The notes under the pieces were generated by a model. It was not told where the DNA came from and made no database searches. It saw only the letters and a list, made by a program, of their open reading frames with translations. Below are positions 1 through 9,420 of a stretch of 64,000 bases of DNA, one piece after another. Positions within the stretch are counted from its first letter, which is position 1. Every line of letters starts with the position of its first letter. The translations under genes and the position numbers were made by a program. Origin of the DNA: Candidatus Latescibacterota bacterium (GTDB lineage Bacteria; Latescibacterota; UBA2968; UBA8231); NCBI GenBank assembly GCA_965223905.1, contig CBDCXV010000011.1, positions 416,001 through 480,000 on the forward strand, written 5' to 3'.

Positions 1-516
1 CTCCGCTTCGACCGCCCGGAGCCGCGGGAACTTCCCCAGAACCTCGAACATGACCTCGAAGTACTCTACATGGTCGGTGGCCATCCACAGTCGGCCTCCA
101 GGGATCAGGGTGCGCTCGATCTCGGCGATGAATTCGCTGTTGACCAAGCGGCGCTTGTGGTGGCGTTTCTTCGGCCAGGGGTCGGGAAAATAGATGTGGT
201 AAGCCCTGATGGAGTCGGCCGGCAGGAAGAATTCGACGAACTCTCGCGCATCCGCCCGCGCCAGCCTGACATTGCCGAGCTGGCGTTTCAGACATCGCTG
301 GTGGGCAATCCGCAGGTACTTGCTCGCCCACTCGACGCCGAAATAGTTCGTGCTCCCGTTGCGCTGAGCGGCATCGATCAGGAAACGCCCCTTCCCGATT
401 CCCAGCTCGACCTCTACCTCGTTGGCATTGCCGAACAGGTTCTCAAAGTCGAGGACGGGATCGCCGTCGCACCGCTCCTCGAGATCGAGAATCAGGTTTT
501 CAACTTGCCGGGTCAT
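1..516 (-). CDS. trmB: tRNA (guanine-N7)-methyltransferase, 3' end truncated by window edge
   Basis: Not in the ORF track. Manual minus-strand translation from ATG at 516 gives VEVELGIGKGRFL (SAM motif) and YHIYFPDPWPKKRHHKRRL (TrmB signature). Confidence 0.93.
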   Translation of the reverse strand, partial: MTRQVENLILDLEERCDGDPVLDFENLFGNANEVEVELGIGKGRFLIDAAQRNGSTNYFGVEWASKYLRIAHQRCLKRQLGNVRLARADAREFVEFFLPADSIRAYHIYFPDPWPKKRHHKRRLVNSEFIAEIERTLIPGGRLWMATDHVEYFEVMFEVLGKFPRLRAVEAE

Positions 517-629
517 CTTGCCCCATCAGACAGGCAGGGGTTACCCTGACCACCATCGGAAAACAGCACGGGCGCTGCCCTGCATGCCACGAGCAGCGCC
601 CGGATGATGGTTCCTGTTCCAGTTGCCTG

Positions 630-1817
630 TTATCCCGCCGCTTCGTGAGAGGGCAGGCCGCAGAACTGATCGTAGTCGATCAGCCCGGAAATCGAGGGGT
701 TCTCCCCGCATGCCGGACACTCGAGGTCGCGGCGGAGCTTGAGCTCGCGGAAGGTCATGTCCAAGGCGTCGTAGAGCACGAGCCGGCCGACCAGAGAGGA
801 CCCCTTGCCGAGAATTAGCTTGACGACCTCGGTCGCCTGGATCACGCCGACGATCCCCGGCAACACTCCGAGCACACCTCCTTCGGCGCAGCTGGGAACC
901 TCGCCGGGAGGGGGAGGTTCGGGATACTGGCAGCGGTAGCAGGGTCCCCCTGCGGCCGGATTGTACACGGTCGCCTGTCCTTCGAAGCGGAAGATGCTGC
1001 CGTCCACCACCGGCCTGCCCACAAGCACGGCGGCGTCGTTCACGAGATATCGCGTCGGGAAATTGTCGCATCCGTTGACTATGATGTCGTACTGCGGCAG
1101 GATCTCCATGGCGTTGTCCGAGGTCAGCAACTCGTAGTGGGCACGGACTTCCACTCCCGGGTTGAGGTCGAGGAGGCGTTGTTTGGCGGCCTCGACCTTC
1201 GGCTGCCCGACCATCGATTCGCCGAACAGCACTTGGCGCTGGAGATTGCTCTTGTCGACGACGTCGGCATCGACAAGGCCGATGGTCCCCACCCCGGCGG
1301 CTGCCAGGTAGAGCCCCGTGGGACATCCGAGTCCTCCTGCTCCAATCAACAGCACCTTGGCCTTAAGCAACTCCTGCTGCCCCTGCTCACCCACCTCGGG
1401 CAGCAGGATGTGCCGGGAGTAGCGCTGCAGGTCTTCCGCTGACAGGAGGCCGTTCTGCTCGATGCCGTAGCCGGCGTCTTTCCAGCCTTTGATGCCGCCG
1501 ATCATCGAGCTGACCTTGGAGTACCCCATCTCCTCCAGATCGCGGGCGGCCAGGGCGGATCGATTGCCCCCGGCGCAGTAGAGTACGATGCTCGCGTTCC
1601 TGTCCATGGTGACATCTTCCTCGATGTTGAGCTCGAGGAAGCCCCTTGGGATCAGCTCGGCACCCGGGATGTATCCGTCCAGGACCTCGTCCCGCTCGCG
1701 AACGTCGATGAGATGCCGAACCTCCCCGGACTGCAATCCGCGATGTACCGACTCGGGGCTGACTTCGGATATCTGCCGCTTTATCCTGTCCAGCAGCTGA
1801 CTTGAGGTGACTGACAT
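630..1817 (-). CDS. moeB: N-terminal rhodanese fused to ThiF/MoeB E1-like adenylyltransferase
   Basis: Rhodanese (LIDVRE...YCAGGNRS), then RYSRHILL, GAGGLG, SNLQRQ, CYRC...SCAEGGVLG and CPAC. AGGAG RBS upstream. Confidence 0.9.
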   Translation of the reverse strand: MSVTSSQLLDRIKRQISEVSPESVHRGLQSGEVRHLIDVRERDEVLDGYIPGAELIPRGFLELNIEEDVTMDRNASIVLYCAGGNRSALAARDLEEMGYSKVSSMIGGIKGWKDAGYGIEQNGLLSAEDLQRYSRHILLPEVGEQGQQELLKAKVLLIGAGGLGCPTGLYLAAAGVGTIGLVDADVVDKSNLQRQVLFGESMVGQPKVEAAKQRLLDLNPGVEVRAHYELLTSDNAMEILPQYDIIVNGCDNFPTRYLVNDAAVLVGRPVVDGSIFRFEGQATVYNPAAGGPCYRCQYPEPPPPGEVPSCAEGGVLGVLPGIVGVIQATEVVKLILGKGSSLVGRLVLYDALDMTFRELKLRRDLECPACGENPSISGLIDYDQFCGLPSHEAAG

Positions 1818-1950
1818 TTTTAAACTCCTGAAAGGGATTTGTTATGAGGTTATGTACTGTTTTCCTGGGTTCGCCTGCAACTGTCAAATAATTATCTATA
1901 GCCTGTTCCCACCATGTGCAACCCCGCGGTCCGGGCGCTACCGGTCTCGC

Positions 1951-3183
1951 CTAAGCCGCGGCCACGGACTTCCGCTCCTTGGCGATCGCAGAAAGGATGA
2001 AATCCACAGCCGACTCGATCTCTTCCTCAGTCGTAAAGCGACCGATCCCGAAGCGCACGGTCTCTGCTGCGGCCGTATCGTCGAGGCCGATCGCCTTGAG
2101 GACATGAGAGGGCCCGGCGCGGCCCGATTTGCAGGCCGATCCGGAAGAAAACGCGACCCTGTCGCGCAGGCCGTTCATCAACCTCCCGCTGTCGACATCC
2201 ACGAAACGAAGGCTGAGGCATCCCGGGAGCCGTCGCTCCGGGTGACCGTTGGCGACCGCTGTTCCCGCGGCTTCGAGTTTGCGCTGCAGGACCTCGCGAA
2301 GAGTGCGGAGCCGAGCTGCCTCCGCAGCCATCTCGAGACGGGCGATCTCACTGCCCTTACCGAGACCGACGGCACCCGGTACGTTGATGGTACCCGACCG
2401 CATTCCCCGCTCCTGTCCCCCGCCCTCGAGCTGCGCGGCAAGGCGCAGGCGCGGGCGACGATTCGAGCGCACATAGAGCGCCCCCTCTCCTTTCGGGGCA
2501 TAAAGTTTATGAGCCGAGATCGACAACAGGTCGATGCCGAGGGCGTCGACATCGAGAGGGATCTTGCCCACTGCCTGCGCCCCATCGCAGTGCCAGGGGA
2601 CGGCGAATTCGCGCGCCACTTCGCCGATTTCCACAAGCGATTGAATGGTTCCCAGTTCGTTGTTGGCTGCCATTACGGAAATGAGCAGGGTGTCCTCCGA
2701 AAGGGCCGCGCGCAGTTCCGCAGGATCGAGCATTCCGTACCTGTCGACGGGTAATACGACGATTTCGAAGCCGCGTTTTTCCAGCGACGCGCAACAGTCC
2801 AGGACCGAGGGGTGTTCGGTGGCACAGGTGATGATCCTGCCGCCGGGCCGGCCGCTGGCTTCCGCGACACCCTTCAGGGCGAGATTGTTTGCTTCCGTTG
2901 CACCGCTGGTGAAAACGATTTCCCGTTCCTTGGCGCCGATGAGCCGAGCGACCTCGGCTCGGGCCGCGGTCACCGCATCGGCAGCTTGCCAACCGAACCC
3001 GTGGGTCGTGCTCGAGGCATTGCCGAAATGCCTTTCCAGGAAGGGCAGGACGGCTTCCAGCACCCTCGGATCGACAGGCGTGGTCGCCAGGTTGTCGAGG
3101 TATATCGGAGCGTCTGGTGCAGGAGGGTGGCGGGTGTAACTAGGCGCTGAAGGATTCGCCACAGCCGCAGGTCGTGCGGGCAT
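1951..3183 (-). CDS. iscS: Cysteine desulfurase (IscS/NifS group); start uncertain
   Basis: IYLDNLATTP, FTSGATEANN, SAHKLY (PLP Lys), RSGT, SSGSAC (catalytic Cys). Confidence 0.92.
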   Translation of the reverse strand: MPARPAAVANPSAPSYTRHPPAPDAPIYLDNLATTPVDPRVLEAVLPFLERHFGNASSTTHGFGWQAADAVTAARAEVARLIGAKEREIVFTSGATEANNLALKGVAEASGRPGGRIITCATEHPSVLDCCASLEKRGFEIVVLPVDRYGMLDPAELRAALSEDTLLISVMAANNELGTIQSLVEIGEVAREFAVPWHCDGAQAVGKIPLDVDALGIDLLSISAHKLYAPKGEGALYVRSNRRPRLRLAAQLEGGGQERGMRSGTINVPGAVGLGKGSEIARLEMAAEAARLRTLREVLQRKLEAAGTAVANGHPERRLPGCLSLRFVDVDSGRLMNGLRDRVAFSSGSACKSGRAGPSHVLKAIGLDDTAAAETVRFGIGRFTTEEEIESAVDFILSAIAKERKSVAAA

Positions 3184-3463
3184 TGGGATTCTCGATCTGG
3201 AACCCGGAACCCATCAACCCGTCGTCGAAGTTCAATACGACTCCGTTCAGGTAGAGGCTGCTCTTGGGATCGACGAAGACGCGGACGCCGTTCGATTCGA
3301 CCACCTGGTCCATCTCTCCGGGAGCTTCCTCGAATTCGAGTTGATACTGGAATCCCGAGCAACCGCCCCCGCGTACGGCCACGCGCAGGCCTTGGGTCGG
3401 GTTCCCTTCCTTCTCGAGCAGGGTTCTGATTTTGACGGCGGCGCCGTCGGTGACAGTAATCAT
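3140..3463 (-). CDS. HesB/IscA/ErpA A-type Fe-S carrier protein
   Basis: GGGCSGFQY and NPNARTTCGCGESF motifs. Confidence 0.95.
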   Translation of the reverse strand: MITVTDGAAVKIRTLLEKEGNPTQGLRVAVRGGGCSGFQYQLEFEEAPGEMDQVVESNGVRVFVDPKSSLYLNGVVLNFDDGLMGSGFQIENPNARTTCGCGESFSA

Positions 3464-3495
3464 CGCTTTTCAGGTTCCCGTTAAATTGCCGGAAG

Positions 3496-3963
3496 TCAGC
3501 TCTTATAGATCGCGCAATCGACCAGGTCGGGTACATCTTCGATGCGCTGGTACACCTCGCAATTTTGACAATCGCGCTCGAACACCTTGATCGAACACCG
3601 CAGACACCCCTTCAGTGCTTCGATCCCGCGTGCGGTGCGCTGCCGCATTTCGGTGTAGTGGGCGAGCTTGTATTCGATCTCGCGTTGCTGCGCGTCGAGA
3701 AGCTCGATCATCGCCGTGGCCAGCTCGCCCCCGGTCCCAGCCTTGCGTCGCAGGCTGAACATATCGCCTATGCGATCGAGCTCAAAGCCGAGCGCTTTCA
3801 GACTCTGGATGATCTCGAGACGACGCAACTGCTCGGAGGAGTAGAGCCGGAAGCCACCATTGGTCCGCTCCTGAGGCTCGACCATTCCGAGCTCTTCGTA
3901 GTAGCGTATCGTGCGGGTCGATACCCCGGCGCGCGCTGCCAGATCGCCGATCCGCATCATCAT
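3496..3963 (-). CDS. MerR-family transcriptional regulator with Cys-rich C-terminus
   Basis: IGDLAARAGVSTRTIRYYEELG...GGFRLY MerR HTH, coiled coil, then CLRC-x8-CQNC. Confidence 0.9.
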   Translation of the reverse strand: MMMRIGDLAARAGVSTRTIRYYEELGMVEPQERTNGGFRLYSSEQLRRLEIIQSLKALGFELDRIGDMFSLRRKAGTGGELATAMIELLDAQQREIEYKLAHYTEMRQRTARGIEALKGCLRCSIKVFERDCQNCEVYQRIEDVPDLVDCAIYKS

Positions 3964-4022
3964 GGGGGGAAAACCTTGTCCGAGCTCAACATACCCAGGC
4001 TGACGTTTTTTTGGTTTTTTGG

Positions 4023-4051
4023 AATGTATCCACCCCCTTTCCGAGTGTCAA
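4023..4051 (-). promoter_or_regulatory. sigma70-type promoter for merR-iscA-iscS
   Basis: Minus strand TTGACA-17 nt-TACATT. Confidence 0.7.
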
Positions 4052-4164
4052 CGAAGCTGCCCTGCCCACGTTCTTTTCGCGTCGGCGCCGTTGCTACCTG
4101 AAGTAGGGAAAAACATTCGGACGTAGGGGAACTTTCGCATGCCGCACAGGTTGTACCGGACCAT

Positions 4165-4796
4165 ATGCTGATGAAACTGCAAATCCGGAAAAACGCGCTC
4201 CTCCGCGGACTGCCTGGCGGCGTTGTGGCGGTGCTGCTGGCATCCGCCTTGCCCTCGCCAGGGGGGCCGGCACCGACGCTCCATCAATTCGATCTGGAGG
4301 GCCTGGTGGAGAATGCCGAGCGCATCTTCCTCGGCAGGTGCGAAGCCGCGTCGACACTGAAACTTCACAGGCTGATCTGCACGCGGTACGTATCGCCGTT
4401 GACGAGATGCTGAAAGGAGAGAAAGCGGACCGCATCGTCGTGAACCTGCAGGGCGGTCGCTCGAAAGAATCGGATTTTCGCCTCGTCGGGATGCCCGTGT
4501 TCCTTCCCCGCGAACGCATCGTCCTGTTCCTGACGGGGCCCGACGCCGCGGGAAACCCGTGGCCGGTCGGTCTCGCCCGGGGAAAGTTCCGGATCGAAAG
4601 CGACCCTTCCCACATCGGAGAGCCAAGGGTGTACCAGTCGCTCCCCGGCCTCTTCCTCTACACTTCCGAAACCGGCTCTGGCAGTGCCAAGGCGAGCAAC
4701 CCGAACGGCGACGGACACCCATTGACCGAGTTTCTCTCCTCCATACGCCGCCTCGCCGGTTCCGAGTCGCCGGAGCCAGGCCGGGATGCTCGCTGA
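4165..4796 (+). pseudogene. Secreted hypothetical protein split by a frameshift near 4340-4380
   Basis: Signal-peptide ORF 4165..4413 (LEGLVENAERIFLGRC) continues coherently in the 4338..4796 frame (VDEMLKG...GMPVF...IVLFL...VGLARGKF). Confidence 0.6.
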
Positions 4797-5986
4797 CCGG
4801 TATTTCCGATCCGCCTCCCTGGCCGCGGCCGCCACCTTGGCGCTGGCCGCAACCTGGGCAGAGGGTTTCCTCATCCAGACGATCGAGGGTCGTTCCGGAT
4901 ATCTTCAGCTGACCTGGGCTTCGGAGCGGATTGCATTCTCACTCGACGCCGGGGGTACGAGGGATCTCGGCGCATCCCGCACGCACGGAATCCTGCGCGA
5001 GGCTTTCCAGGTGTGGCAGGAAGTCTCGACGGCGCGCATCGGGTTCGAGGACCGCGGCCTGACATCGACGTCTGCGAGCGGGCGGGACGGGGTCAACGTC
5101 CTTGACTTTCGACGAAACCGGGAAGTTCATACAGGCGCCCCCGGGGACGGGCCTGATCGCGGTCACCCGGATCCACTCGGATCCGGAGACCGGGAAGATC
5201 ACCGATGCCGACATCGTCTTCAACGGCCGCGACTTCACTTTCGGGGATGGTGCGGAGCCGGGTGCCGTCGAGTTGCGCGACGTGGCCGTCCACGAGATCG
5301 GCCACCTGCTCGGCCTCGACCACACCCCTCTGGAGGGACCGCTAGCGATTCGCCCGACCATGAACCCGTTTTACGACGACGGCGGTCCGGGCGAAGGATT
5401 CACCCTCGAAGCAGACGACATCGCCGGGGTTTCGATGATGTACCCTGCTCCCACTTTTGCGCTTTCGACAGGAAGAATCGCCGGCCGAATCACCGATGTC
5501 GAAGACACCCCCGTCTTCGGCGCTCTGGTGAGCGCCGAGAATCAGTCTTCGGGTGAGTCCTACGCCACCTTGTCCGGAGCCTTTCCCGAACTCGGAAGCC
5601 GCAGCCAGCCCCGCAGGGGGGAATTCCTGCTTGCAGGCCTCCTGCCCGGCGGGTATCGCCTGCTATATGGCTGATTCCGCCGGTCTCCCTACCCGGTTCG
5701 GCATCGACAGGCTCTACCCCAACCCCTTCAACGCTTCGGTACGGGTCGAATACTCCCTGAATCGACCAGTTGCTGCCTCCGGTGATGGGGCTGCGCGCCT
5801 GGAGATCTGCAACCTGCTGGGGCAAGCGTGCGGATCCTGGTCGACGAAAGGACGCTTCCCGGCAGGCATTTGGTTTTCCGGGACGAACGGGACGGGACCG
5901 GACTGCCGCTGGCCAGTGGTGTCTATTTCGCCGTCCTGCGCACCAAGGCGGCCATGAGCAGCCGGAAAGTACTGCTTCTCAGGTAG
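4786..5986 (+). pseudogene. Matrixin (M10-like) metalloprotease with carboxypeptidase-regulatory-like domain and C-terminal FlgD-Ig/secretion-sorting domain; multiple frameshifts
   Basis: Signal peptide, HEIGHLLGLDH zinc motif with Met-turn (TMNP), and LYPNPFN...NLLGQ...LASGVYF...RKVLLLR* spread over frames. Shifts near 5103, 5665 and 5826. Confidence 0.75.
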
Positions 5987-6061
5987 CGGGGTCGGCCGCT
6001 ACGACACCGCCCGGGCATCGTCGCGGATGAAACCCTCGACGCTGAGCGGGGTCGGCCGCTA
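5985..6061. repeat. 17-bp direct repeat AGCGGGGTCGGCCGCTA x2, each copy a small hairpin
   Basis: Copies at 5985-6001 and 6045-6061 overlap the stop codons of two convergent genes. Confidence 0.8.
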
Positions 6062-6967
6062 GTAGCGAAACCCCGTATCACAAAAGATGGTCACCAGCCG
6101 TTTCCCAGGGCCCAGGGTTGCGGCCACTTTCAGGGCTGCGGCGACGTTTGCGCCCGAGGACGGTCCAACCAACAACCCCTCCTCTTTTGCCAATCGCCGG
6201 GTGTAGGCGAAAGCCGTCTCGTCCGTCACGCGGACGACCTCGTCCATGACGTGCCGCCGCAGAATCGGCGGCACGAAGCCGGCGCCGATTCCCTGTATGC
6301 CGTGCAAGCCGGGCTCACCTCCCGACAAAACCGGCGAGCGCTCCGGTTCTACCGCGATGACGCGGACACCCGGGACCTCGCGCTTCAGCACCTCTCCCAC
6401 CCCCGAGATAGTGCCTCCCGTGCCGACTCCCGCTACAAATGCGTCGAGCTGGCCACCGGTCGCTTCGAGGATTTCACGCGCCGTGGTCTCGCGGTGGATT
6501 TGCGGGTTGGCGGCGTTGCAGAACTGCTGCGGCATGAAGATTCGCTCCGGGTTGGCGGCGACGAGCTCCTCCGCCTTCCGTATGGCCCCTGCCATATCTT
6601 CCGCGCCCGGAGTGAGGATGATGCGAGCGCCGTACGCAGCCATAACCGAAACACGCTCCCAGCTCATGCTGTCCGGCATCGTCAGGATGAGATCGTATCC
6701 CAGCGCCGAGGCGGCCATGGCAAGCGCGATCCCGGTGTTGCCGCTCGTCGGCTCGACGATCGCCATGCCCTTCTTCAGCACTCCCGCTTCCTCGGCGGCC
6801 CTGATCATGCTGAGACCGATGCGATCCTTGACACTGCCCCCCGGGTTGAGGGCTTCCAGCTTGCCGAGGATCTCCGACCCGTTCTCCGGCACGATCCTGG
6901 CCAGCCGGATCATAGGTGTGGCCCCGATGGTGTCGAGGATCGAATGGGCCGTTGACAGGGAGGTCAA
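6059..6967 (-). CDS. cysK: Cysteine synthase (O-acetylserine sulfhydrylase)
   Basis: KLEALNPGGSVKDR, EPTSGNTG, GVGTGGT, HGIQGIGAG. Confidence 0.93.
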   Translation of the reverse strand: MTSLSTAHSILDTIGATPMIRLARIVPENGSEILGKLEALNPGGSVKDRIGLSMIRAAEEAGVLKKGMAIVEPTSGNTGIALAMAASALGYDLILTMPDSMSWERVSVMAAYGARIILTPGAEDMAGAIRKAEELVAANPERIFMPQQFCNAANPQIHRETTAREILEATGGQLDAFVAGVGTGGTISGVGEVLKREVPGVRVIAVEPERSPVLSGGEPGLHGIQGIGAGFVPPILRRHVMDEVVRVTDETAFAYTRRLAKEEGLLVGPSSGANVAAALKVAATLGPGKRLVTIFCDTGFRY

Positions 6968-6973
6968 CAGGAA

Positions 6974-9142
6974 CTATCCAAAATCGTAATCATCTGGAGC
7001 GGGACTCCGGGCTTTCGCCGCCTCCGCCTGCGGGACGTGCCCTCCCGGAATCGCCTCCGCAAGTCGCTGTGCGAGTGCCTGGGGGGATTCGATCGGCGGC
7101 GAGCAGACCATCTCCTCGCAGACGTACGCGGCTGGCCGGCTGCCGACGCACTTTCCGGCGAGCAGCGGCACCAGGCGCTCCGCCTCCTCGGGTGGCGAGT
7201 CGCCCCCCGCCCGGGATGGCCAACCGCACACCACCTTGTTCGGAAGGAAATACTCGTAAACAGCGGCGGCGAGTGACCGGGGGCCTGCACTCTCGCCGAC
7301 AACGGCGATCTCGAGAGGGGTCTGCAACGAGAAATCCAACGCGCATCCCATCTGCGCGAAGGATGTCGGCGATCGCTCCAGAAGCCCTGCAAACGAATCA
7401 ACCGTGCGAACCCCTATATCCCACAGCGATTCATCTCCGGTAAGCGCCCCGAGGCGCATCATTGCCAGGGCGGCCATTGAGTTGCCGGAAGGCGTGGCAT
7501 TGTCGAACGGGTTCCTGCTGCGGACGATCAGGTCGGTGGCTCCTGCTTCCGTGAAGAAAAAGGAGGATCCGTCCGGGTCCCAGAATCGCTCCACCATTTG
7601 ACCCGTCAGCTCGACTGCCGCCCGCAACCACCCAGAATCGTAGGAAGCCTCGTACAGATCGACGAGACCGTTGATGAAACAGGCGTAATCGTCCTGGAAT
7701 CCACTCCCGCTCGATTTTCCGTCCTTGAAGGAATGCATCAGGGCGCCGGTATTCGAGCGCAATTCGGAAAGTATGAAGGTTGCCGCGGCGACCCCCGAGT
7801 CGAGGTAGCGCCGGTGACCAAGAACAGCTTGGGCCCGCGCCATGGCTGAAACCATCAGGCCGTTCCAGGCGACGACGATCTTGTCGTCACGACCGGGCCG
7901 AATGCGCTTCCCCCTGACCGCGAGCAGGAGTTCCCTGCCAAGCGCGACCGCGCGCTGCAGTTCATCGACCTCGACCCCGAGAAATGCCGCCAGGTCAGCC
8001 ATCTCCGAGCTGACGTGGAGGATGTTCTTTCCCTCGAAGTTTCCCTCGGGTGTGACGTCGTAGTAGCGGCAGAACAGCCGCGCCTGTTCCGCGGGAAGGT
8101 GGCGCTCGACTTCCTCGCTGGTCCACAGGAAAAACAGACCTTCCTCCCCCTCGCTGTCGGCATCCTGGGTGGCGAAGTACCCGCCTCGGGGCTGCGCCAT
8201 CTCGCGCAGAACGTAGTCCAGGGTCTCCTCCGCGACTCTGCGGTAGAGGCCCTTGCGCGTGACCTGGTAGGCTTCGAGGTAGGTCACCCCGAGCTGGGCG
8301 TTGTCGTAAAGCATTTTCTCGAAGTGCGGGACCAGCCAGCGCTCGTCCACGGAATAGCGGTGAAAACCGCCCCCTAAATGATCGTAGATACCGCCCCGGG
8401 CCATTTTTTCCAAGGTGCGCTCCACCATGTGCAAGGCGTGCTCATTCCCGCTACGAAGGTAGAAACGCAACAACTGCGAAAGCCCCATGCTGTGGGGGAA
8501 TTTGGGGGCGCTTCCGAAGCCGCCGAACTCGGCATCGAAGGTCTGGCGGTGGTGCCCGAAAGCGGCGGCCTGGGCAGCGTCCGAAGCGGCGGACTCGCGA
8601 CCTCCTCCACTGAGACCTGCAAGGTCGCATTGCCGCTGAAGGGCGGCCAGGAGACGCCCGGCCTGCTGCTCGATCCGGTCTCTGTGATTGCGGAAATGGT
8701 CGGCCACGGAGGCGATTACCCTGGGGAATCCAGGTCGTCCGTGGCGGTCCTCGGGAGGGTAGTAGGTCCCTCCGTAGAATGGCCGCAAGTCCGGAGTTAG
8801 AAAAACCGTCATCGGCCAGCCCCCACTTCCAGTCATCGCCTGAACCGCGGCCATGTAGATCTCATCGAGATCCGGTCGCTCTTCGCGGTCGACCTTGATA
8901 TTGACGAACAGGTCGTTCATCAGGGCCGCAATGCGGTCGTTTTCGAATGACTCGCGCTCCATCACGTGACACCAGTGGCATGCCGAATAGCCGATGGAAA
9001 GCAGGATGGGGCGGTCAAGGGAACAGGCGGACTCCAAGGCCTCCTCTCCCCAGGGATACCAGTTTACCGGGTTGCCTGCATGCTGCCGCAGGTAGGGGCT
9101 CGTCTCCAGGGCCAGGCGGTTCCGCCTGTCCGGCTCGCTCAT
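6974..9142 (-). CDS. YyaL/SSP411 thioredoxin-domain protein (DUF255)
   Basis: NRLALETSPYLRQHA, SIGYSACHWCHVMERESF, HFEKMLYDNA. Likely start ATG 9142. Confidence 0.92.
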   Translation of the reverse strand: MSEPDRRNRLALETSPYLRQHAGNPVNWYPWGEEALESACSLDRPILLSIGYSACHWCHVMERESFENDRIAALMNDLFVNIKVDREERPDLDEIYMAAVQAMTGSGGWPMTVFLTPDLRPFYGGTYYPPEDRHGRPGFPRVIASVADHFRNHRDRIEQQAGRLLAALQRQCDLAGLSGGGRESAASDAAQAAAFGHHRQTFDAEFGGFGSAPKFPHSMGLSQLLRFYLRSGNEHALHMVERTLEKMARGGIYDHLGGGFHRYSVDERWLVPHFEKMLYDNAQLGVTYLEAYQVTRKGLYRRVAEETLDYVLREMAQPRGGYFATQDADSEGEEGLFFLWTSEEVERHLPAEQARLFCRYYDVTPEGNFEGKNILHVSSEMADLAAFLGVEVDELQRAVALGRELLLAVRGKRIRPGRDDKIVVAWNGLMVSAMARAQAVLGHRRYLDSGVAAATFILSELRSNTGALMHSFKDGKSSGSGFQDDYACFINGLVDLYEASYDSGWLRAAVELTGQMVERFWDPDGSSFFFTEAGATDLIVRSRNPFDNATPSGNSMAALAMMRLGALTGDESLWDIGVRTVDSFAGLLERSPTSFAQMGCALDFSLQTPLEIAVVGESAGPRSLAAAVYEYFLPNKVVCGWPSRAGGDSPPEEAERLVPLLAGKCVGSRPAAYVCEEMVCSPPIESPQALAQRLAEAIPGGHVPQAEAAKARSPAPDDYDFG

Positions 9143-9348
9143 TGTCTTTTTAGGGAGGGAATGATGTAACCGCTTGTTGCAGCGGTAATTCCAGGAATGT
9201 AACCAGGCCGCCCCGGGGCGACAATTTGGCAAGTGTTACGAATGATACCCAGCGACGTCGCCTGGAGTTCACAGGCGGAGGCCCATTCATTCCGGCTGGT
9301 TTGCCCCTACCCCTTGCCCATCAAGGGGTTACGGCGTGCCACGAACTT

Positions 9349-9363
9349 TGGCATGGAACGTGC
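9349..9363 (+). promoter_or_regulatory. Putative sigma54 (-24/-12) promoter upstream of ssb
   Basis: TGGCATGGAACGTGC matches TGGCACG-N4-TTGC with correct GG/GC spacing. Confidence 0.55.
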
Positions 9364-9420
9364 GAAATGGCTGCATCGATCATCCCCCCCCAACCCCCGA
9401 TACCCAAGGGAGGTCAGAGC

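Noticed and set aside
70-549. 159-aa plus-strand ORF
   Set aside because: Antisense to trmB, which carries the diagnostic motifs.
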